From positions 21,142,001 through 21,206,000 of the forward strand of contig OX597831.1 in the NCBI GenBank assembly GCA_951406725.2: DNA of 64,000 nucleotides. The letters are read 5' to 3'. Positions 38,143-53,735 of this stretch are shown here, piece by piece. The position numbers and the translations under genes were made by a program. The notes beneath the pieces are model-generated. The model saw only the letters and a program-made list of their open reading frames with translations. It was not told the origin of the DNA and made no database searches. The stretch's first letter is position 1; every line of letters begins with the position of its first letter. Source of the stretch: Octopus vulgaris. Lineage: Eukaryota.

Positions 38143-39313
38143 TGTATGTATGTATGTATGTTTGTTTGTTTGTTTTTGTATTTCCATTGTATCAAACTAT
38201 TTATTATCCTTCGTTTGTCTTTTTATATACATTGACACATTTATACATAAATGTATTTATACACACACAAACACCCATTTATATATGTATAAACGTAGTC
38301 ATTTGTTTCTCACATGCTGTGTCCAACATCACTCTGTACACGCACGCCAAGTTTTCTCATGACTAGTAACAACGTTGCCGCACGAAATGTACTAATATGT
38401 CGTTTCAGCTAAATTTATATACAACTTTTTCATACGAAACTACGGCTTCCCACTAGAAGTGTGTGACTACCACCACTTCGCTCGTCGTGTGGTTGAGTAT
38501 CTCTCTGACGTGAGCATACATCATGTGCGTATAGCTCAATTTTCGGCAAACTTCATATATGAAATAAAAAGTATGCTTATTCACAAGTGCAAACCCCGTA
38601 ATTAAGAATGCTATTCATTCGCATCTACCCCGCCATCCTCCGAGACAACGCCATTTCTATTTTGTCTACTAGGACCATGAAGCAGTTTGAATTATGGGAA
38701 ATTTTATGTTCCATCCTAAATGTAAAGTTACGCCATATAAATTTAAGTTAATCCATATATATACTTACTGGAATGTGTCACGACGATAGTAAAATTCTAC
38801 AAATTTTTAACAAGTCATACACAAAGGCCGGTTAATACAGACTTTCGTGTTTTAGATATAACAACACATTCTTTTCAGTCAGTCCCGCTTTTTGGTAAGA
38901 AATATGTAAAAGAACCTAAGGAAATTGATAAAAAAAAACAATAAAAATTTCAGTCATATTATATCATCAGAATATTTAATGTTAAAAGTATGTTTGGTGA
39001 ATACTAGTTATTGCACATATATGTGACTAGAAATGAATGATTTTTAGCAACGCCCTTACACATTAAGATTGCTAAATATTCAGCACCCTTAACACTTAGT
39101 CATTTCAATCAACACAGAATCCCCATATTTCAATATTGATTACTTTACAGAACCCTGGTCTAGCTAGTACGTTCTGCTAGTATATAAAACTAAACTAGTC
39201 ACAACTGTCGTAGTATTCTCTACTTCCTCGACGTAGCAGTTAATTATTTATGGTCACTTATACAGAACTTGCTCCGTTTCTGATTCACTTCCTAGTATAA
39301 ATAACGGGGCATC

Positions 39314-39368
<55 letters not shown>

Positions 39369-39371
<3 letters not shown>

Positions 39372-39644
39372 TGTCACTAAATATAGCTAGGTGTCCGAAA
39401 CATCTGCGTTGCTAGAAATAAAAGCTAACCCTAACCCTAACCCTAAAATGCACTAACGCTGTAGTCAAATGACATAGTTGTATACATATAAAATGATAAG
39501 GAAGATAACCGCCCGAAAACACCGATCAAGGGCGATTATAGTCCGTCAGTATATATGCATGCAATTTTGTGCATTAAAGTATTTTAACTCTTATTTCTAG
39601 CAATGTAGGTGTTTCTAACAGCCTAGTCATATTTATTGACAATT
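39369..39644. mobile_element. MITE-like element with ~55-bp imperfect TIRs and internal (CCCTAA)3
   Basis: aattgtcactaaatatagctagg...ttgctagaaataa / ttatttctagcaa...cctagtcatatttattgacaatt. Telomere-type repeat at 39425-39446. Confidence 0.7.
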
Positions 39645-39789
39645 ATTAGTTTCCTTTTAGTAAAATACTGTACACTGTTCTCAACACACACACACACATA
39701 CATATATGTATATATATGTTTATATTTATATATATCTATATAGATGGATATATATATTCTTTTATTTCTTTTATGCTTTTATTTTTTTT

Positions 39790-40148
39790 GGTCATTTGAG
39801 CGCAGCCATGCTGGAGCACTACCTTTTGTCGAACAAATAGACACCTGGGCTTATTCTTTGCAAGCCTAGTACTTATTTTATCGCTCTTTTGCTGAACCGC
39901 TTGGTTACGGGAACGTAACTACACCAACATCGGTTATCAAGCGATGGTGGGGAGACAAATACGGACACGGAAACACACACATACACGATGGGCTTCTCTT
40001 AGTTTCCGTCTACCAAATCCACTCACAAGGCTTTGGTCGGCCCGAGGCTATAGTAGAAGACACTTAGCCAAGGTGCCACGCAGTGAGACTTAACCCGAAA
40101 ACATGTGGTTGTTACGGAAGCTACTTACCACACAGCCGCTCCTGTGCC
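39790..40148 (-). mobile_element. SINE family A, near full length
   Basis: Homology to 43435-43826. Confidence 0.85.
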
Positions 40149-40448
40149 TACACATACACACTGGAAGTACACACGCACACGTAAAGCACACACATGCGTA
40201 CAGATACAGAAAAGGTTACGTACACACACACGCACACACTTGCTTCCTTATGTCCCAGTGGGTTGGATGTGTGTTGGTTATCCGTATGCTATTACTTAAG
40301 GCTACGTATTGTGTCTCCAGTTTTACCGATCGAAGATAGATTATTCTATTTAATCAATCATATATACGTATAGATTTTACTTAAGAAGTACTTTTAAATG
40401 TTAGATATAATGCTAATAAAATAGTGCTATCGGAAATCAACAGGGTAC

Positions 40449-40552
<104 letters not shown>

Positions 40553-40625
40553 CGTGTGTGTGCCTGTGTGCATATATATAGCTATACAGATATGTAAATA
40601 TTTATATGCATAAACATACATACTA

Positions 40626-40986
40626 CGGCACTCCGTCGGTTAAGATGAGGAGGGTTACAGTTCGTCCAAGGCTGCTCGTGAAATTAACGTGCAAGTGGCT
40701 GAGCACTCCACAACAGACACGTGTACACTTAACGTAGCTCTCATGGAGATTCAGCGTGACACAGTGTGTGACAAGGCTGGCTCTTTGAAATACGGGTACA
40801 ACAGAAACAGGAAGAAAGTGTGAGAGAAAGTTGTGGTGAAAGAGTACAGAAGTGTTCGGCAACACGTCCCGTTGGAGCCTCGTGTTTTCGCTCAATAAAC
40901 ACTCACAACACCTGGTCTTGGAATCGAAACCGTGATCATATGTCAGCGAGTCCGCTGCACTAACCACTGGGCCATTTACGCATCCA
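40626..40986 (-). mobile_element. SINE family C
   Basis: Homologous to 27586-27946. Probable ~14-16 bp TSD cataaacatacata / cataaacacacata. Confidence 0.85.
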
Positions 40987-41042
40987 CATAAACACACATA
41001 ACTTCATACATGTATACATATATTCATAGATACGTATGTACA

Positions 41043-41116
<74 letters not shown>

Positions 41117-41159
41117 GTAATGGCTATTTGCTAACATAATACGGATGCTCCGAATGGGG

Positions 41160-41358
41160 CGATGTTACTGTTATTTTAATCCCAAGAAAGTTCGTTTGTA
41201 GCTGGCTATAAGACACACTATCTGTTTCCTTATATGTTCGAACAGGGAGCTCAGATAGGAGTGCTGAACCCCCACTTCGGAAATACAAGGGCACAAATAT
41301 TGTGAGGTATAGTCAGCTAGGAAAGATGATTCTTGGGTCTAAAACACCAGTAACATCG
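41160..41358. repeat. Imperfect ~75-bp inverted repeat (fold-back element remnant)
   Basis: gatgttactgttattttaatcccaagaa...tagctggctata vs tatagtcagcta...ttcttgggtctaaaacaccagtaacatc. Confidence 0.65.
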
Positions 41359-41721
41359 TGGGACAGCCACATTATGTTGACAAGTAGCCTTTACTGTTAC
41401 CGAATATTTCTCTTTGAGAGATGTAGAAATGATAATATTTCTATCTTATATATATATATTTCGTTATTTTCTTCCTTTTTTGCCATATATAGGTTACAAA
41501 TTCTGTTTGTTTGTGGACACTTTTTATTAGTAGGGGAAATAGTGATCAATTTTGGCTGCTGTTTCTAATATTTTCGGTATGTGGTTTTGAGCAACTTGTT
41601 GCAATTAACGCTTAATTATAATTATTATAACCCTTACCAAATATGGTCTTTTCCATACCGATAAAAACCTACTGGGTGAAATATATTAATTTTATTAAAT
41701 TAATTATATTCCACCCTTATT

Positions 41722-41772
<51 letters not shown>

Positions 41773-42260
41773 TTAGCTATCTATGCATGTATGTATGTGT
41801 ATATGAATGTATATATATATATATAAATATATATATATAAATGTATGTATATGTATACGTCTATACATTTATATACATTCATACATACACACACACGCAC
41901 GCACACACACACACACACACACACACATATTTACATGTCTGAGTATATAACTTAAAACATGAATGCATTCTTAGCCGCTAGCGCATGCCAAACACACGAT
42001 TAGATGAGCTGTTCTAATTTGTAGACTCTCGCAGCTTACATAGAAAAAGGTTAACTGAAGTGCATTGAGTTTGAGGCAAAACTACAGTCAGTGTGTGTTT
42101 CTGTGCGCGCAATGGTGAGTGGTGTGTATATCTTCGAATGTGTATATGAGACAGAGCCTGAATACGTGTGCGTCTCTGGGTGTGCGTTGTAATGTGTATG
42201 CATGTGTGCATATACAAAAACACACACAAGCACTCATAGGTATTTATATGTATATATATG

Positions 42261-42296
<36 letters not shown>

Positions 42297-42374
42297 TATA
42301 ACTTTTACTATACCATTGATTTAAATCCATTATATTAGCAGAGATATGAAAGTTATATCATATATATATATATG

Positions 42375-43235
42375 AAGATAAATTAAATATAGAGATATTC
42401 TATTGACAATCCAATAAGTTATTTATATTACAATATTACATATAATACTATGAATATATTTTTATATAACATTATATAACATAATATTATATAACATAGA
42501 TATTTATAAAATGCCAAAAAATTGTTTCGACATATATATACTTTTTCTGATAAACATTTCCATTATATATATATATACAGTCACTTCAGGGTGTTTCGTT
42601 TAGAAAAAGACAAAATTCCGTGTGAAAGGACAGATGGATTGTGAAAGTTAATGCAAATATCTATGCTATGAGCGTGTGTATTAACTATTCAAAATTACAT
42701 CAATTACAATTTAAAAAAAACACAAAATCAATTTAACAAACCATGCAATCAAGTAAGTGTAATCCACAACCATCGAAGTACACTTCATTATCTCAAACAT
42801 ATACAAATTGAAACCCTCTCATTTCGAAGGTAGTTGCTTGTCATCACAACTTACGATAGTAATATACGTGTGTATATAAATGTATATAATTATGTATCGA
42901 AGTCTTCTGCGTGTAACTGCAACAAAAAATATATAACCAGTTGAATAGCTAACGCTCACGCTCATAACACAGACATTTGAATTTATTTTAAAGATCCAGC
43001 CGTCCTTTCACACGGAATTTCGTCTTTTTATAAACTAAAGATCCTGAAGTGACTATATATATAATGGCACTGTGATTATGTATATCAGAAAAAAATTATT
43101 GGATTGTCAGTTGAATATCTCTATATCTAATTTATCTTTGTAATTGAAGTATACCAATAATTATAATGTATCCAACTGAAGTACTAGTGAATTGGATGTT
43201 TAGCACACGCCTTTGAACGATTTCTTTTCCTCCGT
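42375..43235. mobile_element. Old fold-back element between (TA)n tracts with degenerate hammerhead
   Basis: Inverted homology ~42380-42640 / ~42990-43135. Minus strand reads CTGAAGT-gac...gtc-GAAAC at ~42588-42525. Confidence 0.6.
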
Positions 43236-43238
43236 TTG

Positions 43239-43311
<73 letters not shown>

Positions 43312-43400
43312 AGTTGTTGAATGAATATGCAGCCTTCGAAACATATGTCGAGAATAAAGGACATTTGTTAACTAGTCGTTCAACTCCATTCTTTCATATA

Positions 43401-43434
<34 letters not shown>

Positions 43435-43435
<1 letters not shown>

Positions 43436-43826
43436 TCTCTTTACTCTTTTACTTGTTTCAGTCATTTGACTGCGGCCATGCTGGAGCACCACCTTTAGTC
43501 GAGCAAATCGACCCCGGGACTTATTCTTTGTAAGCCCAGTACTTATTCTATCGGTCTCTTTTGCCGGACCGCTAGGTGACGGGGTCCTAAACATACCAGC
43601 ATCGGTTGTCAAGCATTGCTAGGGGGACAAAAACAAACACACATATATATATACATATATACGACAGGCTTCTTTCAGTTTCCATCTACCAAATCCACTC
43701 ACAAGGCATTGGTCGGCCCGGGGCTATAGCAGAAGACACTTGCCCAAGATGCCACGCAGTGGGACTGAACCCAGAACCATGTGGTAGGTTAGCAAGCTAC
43801 TTACCACACAGCCACTCCTGCGCCTA
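43435..43826 (-). mobile_element. SINE family A, full length
   Basis: Minus head ggcgcaggagtggctgtgtggtaag...gggttcagtccc, internal microsatellite, tail gactgaaacaa(gtaaaaga)n; inserted in (TA)n. Confidence 0.9.
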
Positions 43827-44176
43827 TATATATATATTTAAAATAATAAGATAGTCAAAATGTTGGATGATTACATATATTTTTATTTACATTTTATTTA
43901 CATTTTAGCGCTTTCTTCCTTTATCTGATTTATCAAACAATTGTGTAAAGTTAGATTTCCTGGCTTTATTATATATAAGTAATTTTGGGGGGTTTGCCAA
44001 GAGAAAAGAAAAAGAAATTTGAGAAGGAAGGGTAAGTAAAGAGTCGTGGGTTTTGCATTGGTATGGTCAGACTTGTTTGTTTAGAACTTAGAGGCCTTTC
44101 AAGGCGGGGAAAAAAGAAGAATTTTTGTATTTGAATAATAACATCAGAAAAATACCTTAGGAATGAGTCCCCCACG

Positions 44177-44270
44177 ACACCTGATAAAGGCTGGAGAGTA
44201 CATCAGCCGAAACGTTGTATTATCAACAAACAAGATGAGAACAAATATCCGTAAAAAGTAAATAATGTAA
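44177..44270 (+). mobile_element. Short element with degenerate hammerhead and (GTAAATAAT)n tail
   Basis: acac-CTGATAA-a-ggctg gagagtacat cagcc-GAAA-cg-TT-gtat. Confidence 0.7.
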
Positions 44271-44904
44271 TGAATATACATTGTAAAAAGATATATATAT
44301 CTTACTATATACCCTGAACACATATCGACTCAGTTCCAAAATTCCGAGCTAACATGGCTCTCAATCGAAAAATCTTTAGCTGGCTTCCATAAAAACATAG
44401 GAATCTCAATTCTAACTCTCCTGAATTTAAGATTCAGCACATTGGGTTCAGAAATGTATTTGATTCGATTTTCTTATCTACGGTAGAAAATACTGCCATG
44501 TAATAAACAGAAATTGGTCGCTACAGTTGTTAGAATTGTAGACAGACTGCTTCGTGTTGTTTGTTCAAATCCAAAAGTGGTAAACTTTGCTTTCATACTT
44601 TCGAGGGCCAATAGGAAATGTGTCAATCCAGTCACCCGGATTGTTAAAATTTCTAGTGTGGTCGGACAAGATGATTTGCGGTGTCTGCTTTGGATCTCTG
44701 TATTCTATGTTCAAATCTCATCCCACCCAAGAGACTGCTTCATGTTGAAAAATAGAATGGAAGGTAATGCCCCTTCTTTCGATCTGAAGATTAACTGGCA
44801 TCACAACAAACACAGATGAATTGTAATTCTTTATGTGAGTTTAGTGACAGCCGTGTGCTAACGCTAAAATATAACGATATATTATCATTTAACTTCCTCT
44901 GAAA

Positions 44905-45120
44905 GCTGCGAGATGGCTGAATCGTTATGGCGTCAGGTAGAATACTTAGTGGCATTTCGTCTGACACTTTACGACCTGAATCCCAATGCTGCCGTGCTTG
45001 ACTTTGCATTTAATCGTTTCCGGGTTGAAAAATAACAACCGCTTGAGAACTGGGGTCGACGTAATCTTCAAGCCTTTTCCTCTAAATTTCAGGCATTTTA
45101 CTTATGATAAAAAGAATTAT
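44905..45120 (+). mobile_element. Diverged SINE family B
   Basis: gagatggctgaatcgtta...ggcatttcgtctg...gactttgcatt...ctggggtcga. Confidence 0.6.
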
Positions 45121-45332
45121 TAAATTTTCCCTCATCTGTGGGACTCGAGGCCAAAAGAAGTACAAAGAAAACAGTTAAGCAATAACTATTGATATTAACT
45201 TGATATTTTTAATTATCTTTATTATTCATGGTTTGAGAAATACATCAAGAGCTTTCTTCCATGTAACATGAACTTAATACATCTTGGTGAACATGCATAG
45301 AATTTTTTAAAAATTAACAAACTTCTCATTTA

Positions 45333-45520
45333 TGGTTAACGAAAATATTCAAGGTTAACAAAACAATTCAAAGTTAACAAGAAATGTCCAATGGGAAACA
45401 TGCATAGAAGTATCCAGGGTTAACGAGAATGTTTAGGGTTAACAATTATGTTTGGGTTTAACAAAAATATTCATATTTAACAGACATACTGATGGTCAAC
45501 ATGAATGTCAAAGGTTCACA
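45333..45520. repeat. Degenerate ~19-20 bp minisatellite (ggttaac...attca)
   Basis: Recurrent ggttaac/agttaac/gggttaac units. Confidence 0.65.
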
Positions 45521-46419
45521 AATTCTACATGAGGATTCCCTAATAAATTTACATATCTTCGTTTTCTTGAATTTGCCAATGCCCATCTTTTGTTATAATA
45601 TATCAAACAATGGTTATGTATCATTACAACTGTTCTAATGACAATTGTGATGATATAGGCAATGTTTTACTGTCATTATGCTTTACAGTGGTGTTCTGTG
45701 TAAAGCCATAAACTTTTAGTTCGCTCCTGTAGAACATTATTGTTATTTGGTATTGCTGTATCAAGTATAATATTAATGTTGCATTGCCAAATGGTTCCTC
45801 AGTATTGTCATTAATATTATTAAATTCTTAATTCTTATTTAAAAGAAAATGAATTACGACAGATGATTCAGAATAGACAGTGGCATGCGTTTAATAATGA
45901 AGACGATAGAGAGTTATTGAATACCATACAAGATAAAAACCTTGGTTTCTTAAAACCATCTCCGCTTCTAGATATGGCAAAACTATCGCCACGTGGCATT
46001 TACAACCGATTCCGAATGAAAAGGGGTTATAATCTCAGAAATCACGGATTTCTTAAAAGCTGAGATACTGTTAGGTAACAAACAGCTTAGTTGTCTGAAG
46101 ATAAGATGGCAGCTACTATACAATACCTGCTAGTCTCTCTCTTTGTCTGATTACTATATTCTCTAAGTTATTTCACATTCGCATTTACCAACGGAGACAC
46201 GAGTTTCGAGAATTGGCGGAAGCAGTTAAAATATGGTGATTAAGGTATGTGGAGCACCGTTTTAAGGATAATGTGTCCCAAATTATATAACGTCGGAGCT
46301 AGTGAAACAAGTTTGATATAATGAAATTTTTAAAGGATAAACACAACAGACAATTTGTTATCTGTATTTTTGTATTCAATGAACTATGTTACATATACAC
46401 ATACATGCATACATACATA

Positions 46420-46463
<44 letters not shown>

Positions 46464-46706
46464 TAGTGGGAGCGTGTCTCCTATGCTATAATTGTTTTAG
46501 TTTCATCGCGCTGTTTCAGATCAGTAACCAAACAAATATAACTCTGAAACGTACATACATATAAACATACATACATACATACATACATACATACATACAT
46601 ACATACATGCATACATACATACATACATACATACATACATACATACATACATACATACATACATGCATATATACATATATATGCGTATCTATCAATGAAT
46701 CTATCT

Positions 46707-46768
<62 letters not shown>

Positions 46769-46772
46769 GAAT

Positions 46773-46823
<51 letters not shown>

Positions 46824-46824
46824 T

Positions 46825-46902
<78 letters not shown>

Positions 46903-49900
46903 ATACACACATGTAATAAAGTTATTCGTTCGTAATGATCATAGCTTGTTCCTGTATCGCAAGTATTTTTCCTTTGATTTACGCACTTGTTAATGCGGAG
47001 ATAATAATGTATTTACATACAGTGCGTCTAGTTTCTGTAAATATTTATCATGTCTTTATTGCTGTTCATTGCGGTTGATTTCTACGATTTACAGTTTCGC
47101 TGTTTGAAGTTTAAATCGATTACGTTCGAGAAATTTGTTGTCGAGGATATAATCATTTCGTTACATTTCTTGCTATAATTCCAACCAGGATTTATCAATT
47201 GCAAGGAAGTGGGGGAAACTTTAGGTATTGCCTTCTAATATTGTTTCCTGTTTCCACATTACAGGATCATACAGTTGTTGTGCATTGAATGTATTATGAG
47301 GTATGTAATGTTAACTTTATGAATACATTTATTATTTCATCACAATTTACGGAACTTAATATTAACGAGCTCATGTGCAATACCAGGTGTTCCGTACATA
47401 ATAAATGGAACCGCATCATATGTTGGTAGTACGGAAATATTTTAAAAACCTTTTACTGTGGATATCAGATATTTCTACTCAAAATTTCATTACTATGAAC
47501 TTGAGATGTGTCAAGTTCATTCAAGCAATGTGACTTGCAGAAAATGCTAAGTTTATTTTTTGGCAGATATTTTCGATTATTATTCAAATGATCATGAAAT
47601 GTAATTTCTCAATTAACGTGTTAACCTGTCACAATATTCATCTTCCATTCACGCTTAACAACTTTCACGTCCAACGTTGCTTTCATCTATGCTCAAACAA
47701 ATTATCTCATGAATGAAGAATTTTCGAAAATTAATATAGCGAATGCTGGACTATTCTGACATGCTTTGTAGAATATAGTATAGACTAACACCTATATCAT
47801 TCCTTCATCGAGTAATTCCAAACTATAGACCCCACGCCTCAGTAAGTCTTGTCTTTTGTCAATTTCTTGTAATTCAGAATGTCTTTACTGTGTGTCTAAA
47901 TGTTTGCCAATAGTGATAAGACGCCAAGTTTAAATCCATTAGTAACATGCAACTTCAGGCCCTCCATGAAATGAGCCTTCAAATCACTATCCTCCAACTA
48001 GAGATGACAATATTAGGACCAAACAAAGACCAGAAACATTATTTTCTTTAGTATATTCTAGTAGACATTCCTCTGAAGCTGGAACTTACAATCTTCATGT
48101 TGTAGTGACAATAAAACTTGCCATGTTTCGCTGCTGTTTGAAGGAAGTTTATTATTTATTCTTCATCCATTTATTAATTCACCAGGTATATGTCTTTCCC
48201 GTGGGTGGATCCCTTCTCTCGACACCCAGTATCATCTAACAGCAGCGAAGTGGTGACAGATCTTATAATATCAGACTGTAAGTTCCAGTTTCACAGGAAC
48301 GTATACAAGGGAACAGTATTTTTGGTCTTCACTTGATCCTGAAGCAATTACCTAAAATTGCTCGCCTCTGTTTCGAGGATTTTCCCCACTCGCCACGCTA
48401 CACTTGCGGATTGGCGAGGGTGATCCTTAGACATCTAAGCAATATGTAACTTAGAGCGGAGAAACTCTGAACAAATATCATAGTTCTTTCATCCTAAAAT
48501 TCTTACAGTTCCGCTATCCCAAGAACTCAGGGCTGGTTCAAAATTTTTAGACTCCTGGAAAAATGCAAACCAAACTAGACATCAACGGAATTTGATCGAA
48601 CGTAAACAATCAAACAAACACTACAGGAGATTTAACCTAACGTTCTGCCACCTCAAAAATCTGACCATTTTATATTCAAATGGCTGAAAGTCAATTTACT
48701 GATCTTTCAGTGTTTCACTATGACAATCGTATTAGATCTAATCAAGAGTCATTATTAAGATGATGCAAGTGCATACAGGTATTTTATAACATACTTTACC
48801 ATCATCCGGTACCATGTTTTTAGGAAGGACCTGATTTTTTACCTCCCCAAGGTATGCACTTTTTTATTCTAAGGGAACTATATTCCTTACGTTTATGTAT
48901 CTGTTTTGCAAGATTCTTGGTGTGAAATGGTGTGTTGAAATAAATATTGTTGCATTAAGGGATGCTCCTTTTTTCTTCCCAAATAAACACACATATTATG
49001 CATACATTCTTCACTTGTTTTTTATTGTTCTTATTCTATCTTTTGTCCTTTGTCTGGAAATCTTTCGTAGCATGCCTGTGACTTCTTGAGTGACTCCATC
49101 CTACTTGTCTCGTCTTACATGCCTGTGTTTCAAGGAACAGGAGGAGACACAGAGGGGAAATGGTCGCTCAAGAGGTGACAAGTGTGTGACGAATAATTTC
49201 AAGAGAATAGACATAAGATAAAATAAGAACAATTATAAACGAGGGAAGAACGAATATATAGTGCGTGTGTGTACCTGGCAAGAAAAGAAGTGACCATTCC
49301 TAAATATAAAAATAATTATATTCCTCTTATAAAAAATCTATTATCCTATTGCCTATTATTCTGGAAATTAGCTCAAGGATAACCGAAAGGTAAGTGGAGA
49401 TATTAAATAGGGCGCCAGATTAGCTTTCGTGGAGTTTCATTGTAGGTATACACTAAGGTACCATCTTGGCATTTGGAACGGATTGTTTAAGAGGATGTTA
49501 AAACTAGATATAGCCTGAAGTATTTTCATGTAAGATATTAAACAACAAAGATCAAATCTTTTGAATTCGTTTCACCCAAGCCTAAAATTATATTTTTAAT
49601 GTTTGTTCATTGGGGAGATGAAGTTTTTCAATTACTGTTGCTGTTACCTATACTTCAAAACAGCTGTTGATTTTGTTGTACTTAGCAGCATCTAAAACAA
49701 CTGTTTCCTAAATTGTAGTTATGTTACCTTAGTGGTGATTCAATTATCGTCTATGTTGTGTGGCTACGTATTGTTCTGTGAAACTTTTGCGGTCGATTCA
49801 GAATACAGGTTTTGAGAGTAACATTTGTCTTCAATGGTACGCCTTGGAGGAATTTATTTTTATTACTAACCTTTGGACGTTTGTTATCCTGTTTATTCAT

Positions 49901-50262
49901 TGTTGAATTTAGATACAACCTATACAATAGCGCAAATTTTTGGAGTTCTATATACGTATACTTTTTTGACGTGATAGTAGAAGCTTCGAGAAATAATAGA
50001 AAAAAGTCTTCATTAACGATGTATCTTGAAGCAAATCCATTTGTAAACAAAAGCGTATATTGCCTTGAATTGAAAAGACTTTTAAATGAAAGAAAAGGCA
50101 GGAAGTTGCTCGTGAGACATGAACTGCAACTCGACTGCATCACATACGGTTGTTCTACAAATAACGTAAATGTAACCGTCAAAAATGTACCCTTTCAAAT
50201 TAGACACTTTAATATGACAAGCGAGAAAGCAAATTTATTTACGTTTACCATGTAAAAGTAGG

Positions 50263-50580
50263 TGGAGGCGCAATGGCCTAGTGGTTAGGGTAGCGGACTC
50301 GTGATCGTTGGATCGCGGTTTCGATTCCTAGACCGGGCGTTGTGTGTGTTTATTGCGCGAAAACATCTAAAAGCTCTACGAGGCTCCAGCAGGGGGTGGG
50401 TGAGTGGCGATCCCAGTTGTACTCTTTCGCCCCAACATTCTCTCAATCTTTCTTCCTGTTTCTTGAGTAACGCTGCGACGGACTGGCGTCCCGTCCAGCT
50501 TGAGAGAACACATACGCCACAGAAACCGGGAAACCGGGCCCATGACCCTAGCTAGGCTTGAAAAGGGCGCATTAATAAGA
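50263..50580 (+). mobile_element. SINE with family C head and a different 3' half
   Basis: ggaggcgcaatggcctagtggttaggg...ggtttcgattcc, then gactggcgtcccgtccag...ggaaaccgggcccatga. Confidence 0.85.
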
Positions 50581-51583
50581 AAAATGAAAAGTAGCAACCT
50601 CTTTAAATATGTAACCACGTTAGTTTTTGCCACGTAGGATGTGGCTTCTCTCTTAATTTGCTCCGCTATTTATCTATTCTACGCTAGGAGCTCCTGCCTT
50701 CTTAAAGATATATTATACATTTCATCCTGATATAATCGAATGTATCAGTGTGCAGGAATATAGGAAATTGCATAACCGGGTAATTGAAGAGGGTGTGATA
50801 ATGTCGTGATTTATTGCCTTCCATTGCATGCTACTGATAGAATCCATTCATCTATTCATACGTTTCTGCGCAGGTTTCTTAAATATATGATTACAACTCA
50901 TGCGAGAGGCATAAGCTTCGAAGAATTTTCACACATGTGTTGCCGATGCCTTGTTCTTAATTTGCTATAGCATGTAGCTGAATTCCAGTAGTAGGAGCAT
51001 AAACCAAGTATCCTTACGCCGAAGAACAAAGATGACTGGATGTAATAATGTCTAAACTACCAACATTGCTTTTGTTAGACTGTTTGCTAACAGAAATTGT
51101 ACTAATGCTATAATTTGTGTTATCGTTACTTACATTAAAATCACAGGGTACAATGTGTACAGTACTATATACATTAGAATAGGAGTTTTACAGGACCATA
51201 TACATTTGAAGTTTACAGCCTCGATTTCTAACTTCATCAATCAATGCCTGATGTTGTTATGTGTATTAACACTTCCCCCTGTAGTGGAATTTATAAACTT
51301 AGCTCTTTGTAGATCAGCGCAGACAATGTCTGTACGTAAGTGTTTCGAATTTCGATATATCGATCACATATATGACATTTGAACAATGTAAAATATTCTG
51401 AAAACAGTTTTCGGTTATGTTCTCGTAGATATATTTTATCTAACTTGTTCGTTATGTTGCTTTCACTGGATGACCTTGAGAGTGCATTCTTATTTGTCCT
51501 AACGTATCTTCAGCAGTCAGACGGCTGTCGATCGCACTACGTGTTTCTCACTACATTTGTGTGAGTTCTAATAAAGAACCCGT

Positions 51584-52685
<1,102 letters not shown>

Positions 52686-53347
52686 AGCCACTACATATAT
52701 AAGTAAGACAAAACAGAAAGCATCTACCACGTAATGTCGTTTACTAGAAATATCTACGTAACTCTCTTGTCGTCAATATGTCGTCTTAGATAAAGAAGGT
52801 AAGTAAAAGATTAATGATAATAATGTAAAAGATATTTGGATAATGTTACAGTGTATCCATTATCAAATGTGTTCTCTTTATATTTTCGAGACAGCAACAG
52901 TATATCATCTCAAGATTTAGTTTCTATTTCTAACAGCTAATGATGACATCACAAATGACTCCAAGACAGGAAAATAAAAGAAATAATGAAAGCTAAACTT
53001 CAAAGAAAGAACAAATAGGAATACCAATTACAGATAAACAACTGAGTATATAATCACAAGGCACCCAGCAGTAGCGGAAGCTGTGTTTCTGGAGAAAAAC
53101 ATTTGTAAGAATTAAGGTGATTAGCAGTGACATTTATTCGAAGAGGAATTGTAAGTGGGTTATAAACGAAAACAGACAAGAAACATGTAAAAATTAACGT
53201 CTATAACAAGAAAAACAAACATTGTAGTTCTAACTGCGGTTACTGAAAATTGTCCGGGTTTATTCATTTTAGTAAAATTCATGACAGGTGGTATGACAGG
53301 TGTGTCTTATATTAGTAAATTTTACTGTATAAAGAGCTAATCACTCA

Positions 53348-53735
53348 TGCAGGTGTGGCTGTGTGGTAACAAGCTTGCTTCTCAATCACATGGTCCTGGG
53401 TTCAGTCAAACTGCGTGACACTTTGAGTTAGTATCTCCTACTATAGTCCCGGGCCGTCCAAAACTTTGTGAATGGTTTTGACAGACGGAAACTGAAAGAA
53501 TTCCATCGTACACACACACACACACACGCGCGCGCATACATGTGAGTATATGTCCCACCATCGCTTGACGAGCAGTGTTGGTGTGTTTACGTTCCTCTAG
53601 CTTCGTGGTTCGGAAAGAATGACTGAGAGAAAAAGTGTTACGCTAAAAAGCACTGGGACCGATTCGGCTAAAATTCATCAAAGAGATGGCCCAGCATTGA
53701 CGCAGTCTAATGACTGAATCTAGTGCAATATAAAA
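53348..53735 (+). mobile_element. SINE family A, diverged full length
   Basis: gcaggtgtggctgtgtggtaac...gacggaaactgaaagaa...gcagtctaatgactgaa. Confidence 0.8.

Noticed and set aside
39425-39446. True telomere
   Set aside because: Only three hexamers, internal to a TIR element.
47700-51100. Possible Penelope GIY-YIG or other coding remnants, including the 147-aa and 143-aa ORFs at ~49800
   Set aside because: No convincing motif could be read by eye; a translated profile search is needed.
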